This document shows positions 1 to 12,686 of a stretch of 64,000 nt of DNA, piece after piece. Source of the DNA: Guillardia theta CCMP2712 (taxonomy: Eukaryota; Protista; Cryptophyta); assembly GCF_000315625.1 (NCBI RefSeq), contig NW_005434669.1, positions 1,049,239 to 1,113,238 on the forward strand, written 5' to 3'. The stretch's first letter is position 1, and the number at the start of each line of letters is the position of its first letter. Made by a program: the position numbers and the translations under genes. The notes under the pieces are model-generated. The model saw only the letters and a list, made by a program, of their open reading frames with translations. It made no database searches and was not told the DNA's origin.

Positions 1-1503
1 CACGCGTTTGATGCGCGTCTAGAGAGAGAGAGAAAGGGAGGGAGGGAGGGAGGGAGATGTGGCGGTCGGTGCAATCACCTGATTCTCTTCCACGTTGCGC
101 AAAGATGTCTGCCGAATCGTTAGATCTCTGCACCTTGCAGCGGTGAAGAGAAGCAAGAGCAAGAGGAGGAACAGGTGCAGAAGAATGCAAAGAGGGAGGG
201 CAGCAGAACTTGCGCACCTCGAGAGCAGAAAGAGCAGCTTTGTTCTGGATCTGACCGAGCACAAACGCGATCTCATGGCGGAGGACAGCGCTATATGAGA
301 ACATCATTCACTTCATGAGAGTTTCTCCCGCACCTTGACTTGTCCTCCAGGAGGACCTTGGCCAGCCCAAGCGCAGCTTCTTCCGTTCCTCTATCGCGAA
401 GAGCGAAAAGGAAACCATACCTGCCACCGTAAGATGAGATGCAGGAAAGAGTTCATGGGTTGTAAGAAGCAACCTCTCAAACAAGGGAAGGCTGGAGTCC
501 ATAAGCTTGTCAACAAGCTCCGCCGTCGTCAAAGAGGCATCAGCTGAAAGTTTGACACCTCAGTATCAGACTCTGAAGCAAGCTTCACGACATTGACACA
601 CCTGGCGGAGCTGGATCGATCGACGCAAACTTCTTCTGCTGGAGAGATTCGTTTGCCTGATAGCACAACAAACCTTTGAGATAACGAGGTGAAACACACA
701 CATTACCTTGCTCGTGTCTCCCCCATGCTTCTTGTTTGCCCATCGGATTCTATCGAGAGCCAACTGGCAGGTGTGTCGGACCTCCTGCCGTGACATGTTC
801 ACAATCTGCTGGGCGTGCAGGCAATAACAAAGTCACCTCAACATCGCAAGACTCGAACTCTTCCAAGACTTTGAGAGCTTCAGGAACCTGTTGGGAGTCA
901 GTCGGACGATCTCTTCCTGCGCACGCCCTTGCTCTCACTCCAATCGCTCCTAGCGCTTCAGCAGCTTCATGTCGAACCTATCAGGGGCAGATGTTAAGTC
1001 TACTTTGATACGCAACCGTTCAAGCACCATAGAGTCCTGATCATTCTTCAACAGTGCAGTCAAGACTGGAACGGCAGAAATCTGTATGCAGCATGTCAAC
1101 ACATTGCTGAACAGCCGACTGTTCTCTCCAACCTCTTCTTTCTGTCCAAGAGCATACGCTACTTCGTGCCTGCACATCATGACGTCATACTTGCAGTACG
1201 TCGGCTCCTGACTCACCTGAGAAGAGCCGACTCGTCGGTCAGGCATGCTGCGAGCGCATCCACGGTGTCCTGCGGCATGTTGAGCTTCCAGGAAGGCGAT
1301 GGCTCATCATCTTACTGTTCCTGGCACACCTCTCAGAGAGCAAACCACTCTCATTCTCTTGGCCAACGGCTGAGTTCGGTCAAGAAGCCGCTCCTAACGA
1401 GACCGTCAGGTCCAGACACGGCAAGAGCAGTCAATGCCACCTTGAGAGCCTTGATCTTGTCGGCCGTTGACACATCCTCTTTGTATGCACTGGTGAGCGT
1501 CAT
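1..1503 (-). CDS. DOHH: Deoxyhypusine hydroxylase (HEAT-like repeats); multi-exon, 3' end runs off the window
   Basis: Spliced reading gives MTLTSAYKEDVSTADKIKALK/ERLLDRTQPLAKRMRVVCSLRG...ESALLR/HEVAYALGQ...VRHEAAEALGAIG...EVRHTCQLALDRIRW...LFER/YGFLFALRDRGTEEAALGLA...SAVLRHEIAFVLGQ. Repeated HE iron-ligand motifs are typical of DOHH. Start approximate. Confidence 0.9.
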
Positions 1504-1864
1504 AGTGCTGCAGGACCACAGTTTGTCAACGACAAGTCAAATCTCAGCCCATAAACACTTTCATTTCGCCTAGCAGTCTTCCGTCTACCTTTCAGTGACT
1601 TCTTTGGAGTACTAAAATAAGTTCTTCCACCTCGGTCTGGCTAGAATGCCATCAATACTCCACTTCCTTCCAGCTTCTCCACCCCATGTGCCACCCTGCC
1701 CCTTTGGCTTCATTTCCAACTAAACTCTTACTCACATCCACCATCACCTTAACTCAATCTCCCTACCTAGTCCCCTCGCCTCCTCGCCTCCTTGGATTTC
1801 ATCATTTCATCTACCCTTGTCATTCTACTCTTTTCCATCTTCGACCCTCCCGTTTATCCCTGTG

Positions 1865-2112
1865 ATCCTCTCTTCTCTCCCCTCCCCTCCCTTCTCTCCC
1901 CTCGCTTCGCCTTATCTGTATCCTCTGTTCCAACTGTCCTCTCTCACCACTCTCTTTCCTCGTCCTCATCTCACTCTCCCTCTCCCTCCCCTCCTGCTCT
2001 CCCTCTCCCTCTCCTCCTGCTCTCCCTCTCCCTCCCCTCCTGCTCTCCCTCTCCTCCTGCTCTCCCTCTCCCTCTCCTCCTGCTCTCCCTCTCCCTCTCC
2101 TCCTGCTCTCCC
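1865..2112. repeat. Pyrimidine-rich low-complexity tract with imperfect CTCCTGCTCTCCCTCTCC units
   Basis: Directly visible; mirrored by a purine-rich tract at ~2390-2600 on the other side of the divergent intergenic region. Confidence 0.8.
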
Positions 2113-2716
2113 CGACTCCTTGCATGTCGGCTTCACGTGTCTTTCGCAGGGGTTGCCCTCATCCCCACCAGCCCACTATTTGGTGAGCCCGCCTCCAGAC
2201 ATCTTAAGGGGGCGTATCGGTCGAGGGGGGAGGGGGTAGTTGCACTGGGGACAACTTACCATGGGGTGGGTATATTTCGAAAGGGGATCACGGGGTAGGG
2301 GTGATAGGTTGGTGATACGTAGGGGGTGGTAGCTACGAAAGGAATAGACCATGCGGCAAACGAACGGAGGAAAGGCGATGCGGCGCATCCTGGAGGAGGG
2401 AAAGCCGGTGAGAGGAGGAAGAGGAAGAGGAGGAGGAGAAGATGAAGGAGAGAAAGGAGAGGAAGGAGAGGAAGGAGAGGAAGGAGGGGGATCATACGTA
2501 GGGCGATGATGATGATGGAGGGTCGATCACGGAGGGAGGTAGAGATGGACTGAGTGGTAGAGGGCAACGAAGGGACGAGGTCTGAGGAGGGAGGATGGAG
2601 GACGAGGACAATTTTTCAGATATTGAGGGGAAAAGATGCAAGCTTTGCTTTGAGCGGATTCTCACAACTACCTGACACGACCTCACCTTCGGGAGGAGAA
2701 ATGACCGTACTGATAG

Positions 2717-5700
2717 ATCGTCGTGGACGGGGCGATGGGGACTTCTCTATACGAACATGTAACGCAATGAGACACAAGCTCTTTCTCTCCAAGTTGAAAA
2801 TTTATTTCGACAGGGCATTCTCCACACCAAGGCATTCGAAGAATGCAACGTCACAGCAGCAAACAAGGTACTTTTCCCTATGAAGGGAGTGCGTAGAAAG
2901 AGCCTTCCTGCGGCATACGCATGTTCAGCTGACGGCCATCTCAAGGTGAAGGCCGTCCATCTTTCGTTCATCGAGGCAGGTGCAAATATCATCGAGACAA
3001 ACACCTTCGGCGCCAACAAGTTAGACGATGTTCGCTGCTGCTGCGTGTTGACGTGACAACAGGTTTGCGCTGGCAAGATACGGACTGACCAATGTAGTTG
3101 AGATCAACCAGGCTGGAGTGAAGATAGCTCAGGTAATTTGCTTTCAGTAAGTATTATGTTGTTGATGCAACCATGAAGGAGGCAGTTGCTGAGAGTGGCA
3201 AGGGAACCATCATTGCAGGCGCCGTAAGTAGAGCAGAGGAGAACATGTTTGGGGAAATGTTTGTATCTTATGACCTTCACAACAGGTTGGACCCACTGGT
3301 GAGGGTACAGGTACAAACGATCATGATACGATTCTTATTCGGCTCATGAGAGATGTATAGGATTCATCGACGACGACAAGGCCAAGGAGATTGCTTTGGC
3401 ATACGAAGTTCAGATTAAGGCCATGGTTGACGTGAGTGAAAGACATGACCATGAAGTGCTTTCTATTGACGTAGAGATGACTTTCTTTGCTAGGCCGGTG
3501 TTGATGCGATCATGTTGGAGACTTTCACGTACCTTGCAGAGATCAGGATTGCTTTGAGTGTAAGGGAATTGCTGGATGGTTGACAAGGTGACGGAATGGT
3601 AACAGAAAGTGAAAGAGCTCTTTGCCGGGCCTGTCATTGCTTCCATGGCATTCAGCGATGAGCCGGCGGCTACCAACCACTACGGGCCCGGTATCGTCCT
3701 TGCACTTTCACAACCTCCTGTCTCCTCCTCCTCCTCCTCCTCCCTCCCCCCCTTCCCCTTCCCATTCCCTCCTTCCCCTGCCTCCCCTGCCTCCCCTCCT
3801 TCCCCTCCTTCCCCACCTCCTAGCGCCATCCGCATCTCTGGTTTCAAATTCGACTTACTCTCGAGGGAAGGGAAAGTCGCGCAGCTGCTGCACAAGTGGG
3901 GAGCAGACGTGGTGGGCGTGAACTGCGGGGGGGATGGGGAAGGGTCGGGGAGGGAGGACCAGCAGCCATCTATGACGTTGCGGAGGAGATGGTCAAGGCA
4001 GTGGGAAGCAGCGTTCCTGTGCGTGTCTGGTGTGAAGGAGGAGGAACGGTTCTGATTGATCCTCTGGGAAGGTTTTGGCCTGTCCTAATGCTGGACATCC
4101 CAAGAGAGTCGGCCATCGGAACATCTACATGGCTACCGAGGTAGGGCGATGGCAGGTAGGGGTGCCAAGTGACCAGACTGTCAGGAGTACTTTCTCGTCT
4201 ATGCCAAAAGACTGTTCAAGAGTGGAGTCAGGTGGGAGGAGGAGGAGGAAACGGAGGGAGATAGAGATAGGGGAGCGAGGAGAGGATGAGGGAGGGGAGG
4301 AGGGAGAGAGTTGACGCTGCTGGGCCGTTGACGCGCCGGCTCAGATTGGTGGGAGGCTGCTGTGGGACCCGACCTCCGCACATCGCATCCGTCGCATCAG
4401 CAGCGAGGTTGGCTTATGTTGAGTGAGAGAGAGGAGGAGAGGAGGAAGGGAGTAAGGGAGGAGAAGATGAAAGAGCATCGGGGGAATGTATGAGAGGGGG
4501 AAATAGGAACAGAAAGGCAAGGAAGGGGTATTGAAGAGGAGGGAAAGCGGGTGATATTGACTTGGTTCCCTCAGGATGTTTGGAGGAGGGTCGGACGTTG
4601 TCAGTTCATTCTTCCTCACTCCACCCCGTTCAGTTCACACACCCTCTGCAGGTTCCTTCACCTCCTGCCTCCACCCAGACCACCAAGAATGAGAAGAACA
4701 GCAAGCCAGCTGCTGTTGCAAAGGAGCCCATCCCCGTCAGCGAACGAACGAGTGAGCAGGGATGGGAGAGAGGAGGACGAGGACGAGTAGGAGGAGCAGG
4801 AGCTGGGGGAGGAGCAGAGAGAGTAGGACACGGGAGGGAGGAGGGAACGAGGTGATAGCAGAGCCATCCTCTGACAATTGGGCAGAGCTCTCGTCCAAGA
4901 TTGCAAGGATTTGGAAGGATCGACTTGCTTCAGGGAAGGAGAAAAAGGTATTGCCTGTTGAGAGGAGGAGGAGGAGGAGGAGGAGGAGGAGCAGTAGCAG
5001 TAGACAAGAAATGTTTGAGGTTCTTCATGCTAGGATCCCATCGGACCTGAAGATTTCGTCGTGAGTGTGGAAGTGAATCCTGCACCCGGCCTGTCGACAG
5101 AGAAGGTGAGAGTGTTGACACTACATGGCATGAACGAGTAAGACTTCAGGCGAGGAGACTCAGGGAAAGGGGACAGGGAGGGAGGAAGTGGAGAGGAGAT
5201 GTAGGAAAGAGGATCTGAGAAGGGGGTACAAGAAAACAGATCGCGGGATTTTAGAGAGGTCGATCCCTGAGCAGCCGTTGAGATTCCATTATGGGCTCTG
5301 ACTGTGGATGCATCAGCCCATTGCCGCCGCCAGGATGCTGAGAGACGCAGGGGTGGATGTGAGATGAGGGAGCATGTCATACTGCTGTCTTCGACTGACG
5401 CCTCATCCCCTCCCCTCCCCCTCCTTTCTCTTCCTCCTCCTTTCTCTTCCCCTGCTTCTCCCACCTTGACTCCTCTCCCCTCCAACCTGCTTCCCTTCAT
5501 AACTCCTCCCCTCCTCTGCTCCTCCTCCCTCTCTTTAACCCCCCACCACCTCCTCTCCCCTCCAACCTGCTTCCCTCCATAACTCCTCCCCTCCTCTGCT
5601 CCTCCTCCCTCTCTTCAACCCCCCACCTCCTCCTCTCCCCTCGCTCTCTCCCCCTTTTCTCCTCGCTCCCCCACCCCAGGTCCTCAACATTGCCGACGGT

Positions 5701-6397
5701 CCTCGTGCCACCGTCCGCATGTCCAACTCAGCTCTAGCTGAAGACATGCAGCGCAAACTCAGCACGGAGACCATCCTACACGTCTGCTGCCGAGACCGCA
5801 ACCTGCTCGGGCTCATGTCTCCTCTTCTCCTCCAGCTACAGCCCAGCTGACTCTCTTCCCCGTCAGGTCTGACCTGTTGGGCAACTACACGCGCGAACTT
5901 CACAACCTCGTCATCATCACTGGCGACCCCCCGAAGATGGGAGACTATCCGAAAGCGACTGCAGTGTTTGATGTCGACTCCATCGGNNNNNNNNNNNNNN
6001 NNNNNNNNNNNNNNNNNNNNNNNNNNNNNNNNNNNNNNNNNNNNNNNNNNNNNNNNNNNNNNNNNNNNNNNNNNNNNNNNNNNNNNGAGTGAAGCAGGGA
6101 GAGAGAGGAACGAGGGCAGGAGAAGCAAGGAGACCAAGGGGCCTTGAGGGTGAGGGGGGTGGAGGAGGCTGAAGCAGATGGCAGAGGGGATCGCGATAGC
6201 TCGGGAGATGCTGGACGAGTTCAAGAGTGAGATCGTCGGGTGCTACATCATGCCGCAGCTAGGGAAGTACGAGGCAGCTATCTCGGTGCGAGTCAGCTCC
6301 CTCCTCTGCTGGGGTTCACCTGGGTTGACAGGTTCTTTCCGAGCTGGGCTACGGCCAGCCAGACTCAGCAAGCCGTCGAGATGCTGCAGCAGCATGA
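2717..6397 (+). CDS. yitJ: Bifunctional homocysteine S-methyltransferase / 5,10-methylenetetrahydrofolate reductase (bacterial YitJ-type fusion), many introns
   Basis: Exons read IVVDGAMGTSLYE, HLSFIEAGANIIETNTFGAN, GVDAIMLETF, GADVVGVNCG, CPNAGHP, GCCGT (HMT with Zn-ligand Cys), then FVVSVEVNP, LNIADGPRATVRMSN, ETILHVCCRDRNLLGL, LVIITGDPPKMGDYPKATAVFDVDSIG, EGIAIAREML..GCYIMPQLGKY (MTHFR-like). True start lies upstream of 2717 and is unresolved; part of the gene falls in the N gap. Confidence 0.88.
5987..6086. other. Assembly gap (100 N)
   Basis: Run of N inside the MTHFR half; more coding sequence is missing than 100 nt could hold, so the true gap is probably larger. Confidence 0.98.
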
Positions 6398-6497
6398 AGG
6401 AGGGATGAGAAGGAGAGAGGAAGAGGAGGGAAGAGGAGAGGGAGGAGAGGGAGGAGAGGGAGCAGAAAGTTTGCGGCTTGTCTGGTACTCTGAAACT

Positions 6498-9400
6498 TTA
6501 TCGGGCAAGAACGACGTGCATGTTTCCTGCTCAGCTGTCAGTCGACTGCTCTCCCGCAACATTTTCCTGCTTCCTTGCCTCCCCCCCCCCTTCCCCTCCT
6601 GCCTCTGCTCACTGTGAATCATCCCTTCCGCTCTGCCAACGTACGCCGACCAGAGCATCGTGATCCCCTTCTCCCAGTCCTCCATCCACCTGCCCGTTTC
6701 TCAGCTGGTCAAATTGACTCTCCCAGCTGACCTCCTGGTGTCGAAGAGGCTCGAGTTCCACCTCTCGTGCCGCAGTCTGTGCCGGATCTCGAGCAGTTTG
6801 CGGGGATTCCTGGGGATGAAGAGGAGGAGGAGGAGGAGGAGGAGGAGGAGGAGGAGGAGGAGGAGGAGGAGGAGGAGGAGGATGAAGAGGATATTGGAGG
6901 TCAGTCACATCCGCTGAGCTCGTTCTCCAGCACAAGCACAGCACCAGCTACAGTGATTCCTGTCTCTCCACATGTTCAACATCTCTATTCTCACATCACC
7001 ACACCCACTTCCTGCCTGTCTGCTCCTCTTCCTCTCCTCCCTCTCCTCCTCACCTTCCTAGCGCAACTGCGAGATTTTCGTACTCGTCCAGAGTCCGGCC
7101 AATCATTTCCTCTGAAGCAGGTTGAGCAAGATAGGATGCGTGAGAAGGCATTCCAGTTGGCATAAATGTGATGGGAGAGGGGAAGGGGAGGGGAAGAGAG
7201 GAGAGGGAGAGGGAGAGGGAGAGGAGGGGAGGGGAGGGAGAGGAAGAGGAGGGGAGGGGAGGGGTGGAGAGGGGAGGGAGGTCAAACAGTGAAGGCACCT
7301 AGGCCGATGGTTGAGAGGAGCGAAGCAGATACACGCGATGCCATCCTGCTGCACCTTCAGCTCATCCCCAGCAGCTTCACCCGACTTACCCGAGGAGATG
7401 AGTGGGAGAAAGGAGGGGGAGGCCAGCCCAAAGAGCATCCGTTCCTACGAGACCATTCAAGCTCAAAGGTCGAGATATCCTCCTCTTCCATTTCCTCCTC
7501 CCATACAAGTGACCCCTTCTCTCCTCTCCTCCTCCTCCTCCTCCTCCCCACCAGTGCTGTGTGCTCCATAAATGTCCGTGTCAAGGAAGATATCTGCAAG
7601 GCCCGCGCGCTTGACATGTTCCTCCTTAGCTGCAGTTCCAGTAAAGATAATCCTCTGCAAGCGCAGGGCCGGTCAAGGAGCAGCAGTAGAAAGGAAGGGA
7701 TTGAAATTACCTCCTCGTAGTCTCCGGCCTCCCTCCACCACTGCATCACCTTCTCTTCGGCCACCTGCTCCTCATTACTCTAGTCTCATCCTCCCATCTA
7801 CCCTCCCTTCACCCGCTTCTGACTTGCTCCAATTCCCTCTCCCCTCCCCTTCCCTCCCCACCTCTCCTCTCCTCTCCTCTCCTCTCCTCTCCTCTCCTCT
7901 CCCTGTCTCCCTGACTCCACCTCGACGGCACCTGTGGGGCTCGGAGGAGCCAGATGACAGAGTTGGGTACTCTATCAAGAATTCGTTTCCATCGCTTCAA
8001 GATTCGTGGTCTTAGCTTGATCAGCGTGTTGAAACAAGCATACACCTGCCAAAATTATGATGTCGGGGAGAGGAGAGTGATGGTGGTGGTGGTGGTGATG
8101 ATGATGATGATGATGATATGTTGGTGGTAGTGGTCGTGGTGGTGGTGGTGATGATGACGAGAAAGTGGTCGTGGTTGCGATGATCATGTTGGTGGGAGAA
8201 GCGGCAAAACAGTCGACAAGAAGTGGACACAGGTTCAAATCATCATCGTCATCGTCGTCATCGTCATCAGCGTCATCATCACCCAAAACAAGACCAACAA
8301 AACAAGCAGCCACAGCAAGAGCAGGAGTAACAACAAACACATCACTGACCACTTTCTTGTTCGGCAGATCCCAATCATCCCTCTGTACTCCCACAAAGAC
8401 CGCTGTCTCCATTTCCAGCCTCCTGTACGCCTTGACCTCTCCGTCCTGCTGCACCTTCGAGTGCAAGGGGTCGGTCTTGAGAAGCTCGTTCCTCTCCTCG
8501 CTCGGTCTGTATCGGGGATGCAGCAGGTGCGGGTAAGAGTTCTTGAGAGAGTTCATAAGGTAGCTGTTGGGCATGAGAACCAAATGCTCTGTGTAGCCCT
8601 CAACAGCCTCGGGAGGAGAGGATATCCTGAGTGACTGGTGAGAACCAGCCCACACCTGCTCTCGCCTCCCCCCCCCCTGTCCCCTCCTCTCGCTCCCTCC
8701 TGTCTCCTCCACCTCTCTCCACTGCGCACCACCTTGTTTCTCTGCCCTGCCCTGCCCTGCCCTGCCCTGCCTCCCCACTCCCCTCTTTCTCTGATTCATT
8801 CATATTAACCATCTTCCTCCTGCTCTCTCCATCTCCTCTCCTCTCTCCACCTGTCTGTGATCATGTGACCAACGTACGTCGCTCCCAGAGTTCCCGGGTA
8901 GCCGATGCCATGCACCTGCAATAAGTTCGTTTCTTTCGCAAGAGGACGATGAAGAGTCCGGAAAGGAGGACAGGGCGGGGGCGGGGGCGGGGGCGGGCGG
9001 AAGGGGTAGGAGAGTGTAAGGAAGAGGGAGAGGTGGGAGGTTGAAGTGAGGAGAGTGGATGGACATGGAGGAGACAGCAAGGGGAGGAGCAGAGATGAGC
9101 GGAGGATGAGGAAGACGGGAGGAGGATGGGTTGATGGGTAAGTAGGACCTGGATGGGCGCAGGGCGGAGAGCGTACATTTCCAACCTCCCCCCATTGGTG
9201 TATCCGTTCAGGTTGATCAGAATGTGCGGCTGTTGGAGCTGATGAGAAACACGATGGTGGAGAGGAAAGCGCAAGAGATGGGGATGGGGAGCGAGAGAGA
9301 TGAAGGAAAAGGAGGAGAGAGGAAGGGGTAAGAGAGAGGAAGGAGGAGGAGAGGGAAGAATGATGAGATTGGATCAGGGGAGAAATGCTCTACCTTGTGT

Positions 9401-12195
9401 CTGTTGACTTCCTGTGAACGCGTGAGAAGGGAAAGGAAGGAAAGGATGTGGCAGAACAAGAAATTAAAACAAGTGAGACAAGGAGAATGGAGGAAGAGAT
9501 ACAGTGATAGCAAAACAAGTGAGACAAGGAGTATGGAGAGAGAGATACAGTGTTAGCAAGGAGGTAGGCATGATAGGACAATGTGAGGAGAAGTTTGATG
9601 GGAAGGAGCAAAGGATGAAGCTCAAAGATGTGACCTCTGCAGCAGCTACAAGCGACTTTGACAGCGCGGGGGTCAAGTCGATGAAATGCTGCGCTCCTCG
9701 CTCAACCTGTTGCAACCAATCCTCTCAACCCCTTTCCCACCTTTACACCCTCCTGGCAACTAGTCTCCTCCAACCTCCTTGCTCTCTCGTTGCCCTCTTC
9801 TCCTCCTCCTCTTCCTCCTCCGCTTTCCTGCCCCTTCCGCGACTCTTGCCTGCAATCGAATCTCCGAGCTATCCGAAGGAGAGAGCGCAAAACAGAAGAC
9901 CTGTCCTTGGCTCAGAAGCAGAGAGAGATGAGCGATGGGAACAATCATGGCAGGAGGAAGAGGATCCAAAAAAAAGCAAGGGGAGTGAGAAGGAGGAGAG
10001 ATGAGAGGGTGAAAGGAGGAGGTGAGAGGTGGGGGCAGGGGGGGGGGGGGAAGATGAGTTGAGGAGGAGGGAGGAGCTGACGATGAAAGGGACAAATAAG
10101 AGGGAGGGAGACGTTGGCGACTGTATCCTCACCTCGAAGGAAAGTAGATCATGAAGGAGGAACATGGAGAGGACCTGCACAAACAGCGGCATCATTGCAA
10201 GAAAGAGAGCCGGAGAACAGGAGGAGAGTTACTAGGTGTGCAACAGGATGCTGTTTCTTCAGATCGGAGGACGTGTATCCCTGCAATTGCTTCAAAAGAA
10301 ATGGAGGAGAATGAGAGAGAAAGTCACCACTCGAATTCTTCGAGGAGCAGGCGAGGTTGGGGGCATTGGAAACGCAAAATTCTATGATTTACATGTCAAG
10401 TGCGAGAGGAATGTCGGAGAGGAGAAAAGAGAATATTGAGTACGAAATCGAGTGAGGGAGCAAGATAGAGAGAAAGTGAGAAGGAATGGTGGGAGGGCGA
10501 GAGAGTTCAGATTCGAATGGAGATAGGAGAGGCTGATGTAGATCGATACAAGTAACAACGTAGCGTGCTCAGTGAGAGTGGCATCTTGAAAGATGAAGGG
10601 GGGAGGGGAGAGGATGGACAAACAATATGAGTCAACCTTTGGAACCATCATCAAGGCTTCTTTCTCAGCTAAGCTCGACCACGCCTGTGCAAAATCAGAT
10701 CCCTCATTTCCTTCTGCCCCGTCATCATTTCCTTCTATTGTCCTGCTTTGTTCCTACCCAATTCCACTTCTGCCTCCTCCACCTTCCTTTTCACACTTCC
10801 CTATCGCCCCACCCCTACTCTTCCTCTCCTGACCTCGGATAGCCGCCGAACAAAATCAGCAGAGACGGCATAGCTTGTGCCGCAGGTCAAGAGACGGAGT
10901 GAGAGTTGAAATTTGCAAACTCACGCCAGAGCATGAAAGGCACGAACTGTTGGAACCCGGCCTTCTTTGAGTTGTCGATTGACAATGGCAACCACCTGAA
11001 GAGGTTTGCAGTCATGCAGGGCGAGCACAGACAGAAGGCGGCCAACTTTCTTTAGGTGCGAGTCGACGTTGCTCCAGTCGCAGATCTCGTGCTTGGTATG
11101 ATACATGTTGCAATACTTGCAGACCATGAGCAACAGCAACAGACAAGAACATTCATCACACCGCTGTCTCATGTCCAGGATGCAATCGGAGGACGATGTC
11201 ATAGATCTCCATAACCTGGGAAAAACTCTCCACGTGAGATTCTCCTGCACTCCTACCGGCTCGCCTTGCCTCGTGTGTTGCACCCGATGCTCCCACTACT
11301 GTTGCAAGATTGTTGTAGTAATCTGCTCTTGTCCCATCTAGCTGTCAGGTGGCAGAGTTAACCCCGTCAAGGGTCGCCCAACGGTTCTTACCTTCACCGC
11401 CCACCTGTAGCAATACTCCGACTCCGCGTACCGCTCCTCCCCCATCAGCGAAGTGCCGAGGTTGTAATACGCAAGAGCGTAATCAGGAAACATCTCGATG
11501 GTCTTCATGTAGACTTTCAAAGATTCCGCGGTCTCTCCTTTCGCTCCAAGTGCATACGCAAGGTTGAGCAGGAAGCCTTTGTCGGGTTTTAGCTGAACAG
11601 CTTGCTTGTAATGTTTCACTGCATTCGTCATGTCGCCGACCGCCTGGTAGTAAGAGGCAAGATTGTTGTGCGTCTCCGGAACGCGAGGATCAATCCTCAT
11701 TGCCTTCTCATAGCTTGCGATGACAAGGTCATTCTGGTTCAAAGTTCCATGTACCAGCGCCATGTTGTTGAAGATAGCCGCCTTGAACGGAGGGTCCAGC
11801 TCCAGTGCTTCCTGATACGCGGCAAGAGATTCCTCATTGCGATCGAGATCTTTCAGCACATTCGCGAGGTTGAAGTGAGCCAGCGGCCATGTCGGCCCGA
11901 GCGATACACACTTTCTGAGAGCCACCTCGGCTTCTTCGAGCCGGCCGGCCAACTTGTAAAGTTCCCCAACGTTGAGCCATGGCTCAGGACGACGGCGATC
12001 GGCCTCTGCAGCTTTCTTGAAGCATGCCATCGCTTCAGAAGCATCGCTGGCTTCCTTGCGACTTCTCGCGTACTCCATGAGCTCATCATAACCATCTCCT
12101 GCATGCTCCGGGCACTCGTTCCTTGCTAGCGCGAGGGTCAGCACAACAGCACAGAGGACAGAGGAGAGGCCGAGAGTCGGTACAGGAACGCCCAT
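6498..12195 (-). CDS. OGT: TPR + GT41 protein (O-GlcNAc transferase/SEC-like) with an N-terminal signal-peptide-like segment
   Basis: First exon has a hydrophobic leader then about 7 TPRs. Later exons give HEICDW, RAFHALA, GYTSSDLKKQHPVAHL, HILINLNGYTNGGRLEMYALRPAPIQV, GYPGTLGA, YTEHLVLMPNSY, YACFNTLIKL, LADIFLDTDIYGAHST, DALWAGLP, ASRVSASLL, SLFDTRR. Confidence 0.9.
6820..6882. repeat. (GAG)n microsatellite, probably intronic
   Basis: About 20 perfect GAG units. Confidence 0.9.
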
Positions 12196-12686
12196 ATGGT
12201 ATGAGGAGGACAGCTGTCTATGCCATGGATACTTGCGGCGCCGTCGTCGCCATGACCCACAAAGGGAGCATGAACGCCCGATCCAACTCCTGGAACCTCT
12301 ATGCAGAGTACCGGGGCCTTTCCCGGCCCGGGGCCTGAGTACCGACCGTACCGGGCCGGGGCCCGGGCCCGGTACCGTGTGACACTGACACCTGGCAACT
12401 CCGGGCCCCAGTAGTGAACTCCCAGGAGGTTGTACTCTAAGTTGAATATCAAACTACTTTGATCATTGGAGGGAGAAAGAGTGGAAGTATGCTGCAGTTG
12501 CTCAATCACTGCAGTGCCGCATCATGGCAGATGGCCGGGCACCACGCGGCCTCGGAAATATTTCTGACAGTCCGATCTTCGTTGTCGACTGAAGGCAGCA
12601 GCATACACTACTGACACTCTTCCGCATGAGGGTCAAGCAAGGAGTTGGATGAGAGGCCTCAGACTAACCGCAGGTGGATCCGCAAG

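Noticed and set aside
12196-12271. Upstream ATG (MLPLWVMATTAPQ) extending the GT41 N-terminus
   Set aside because: It meets an in-frame TAG unless a 19-nt intron is removed, far shorter than other introns here; at most a uORF.
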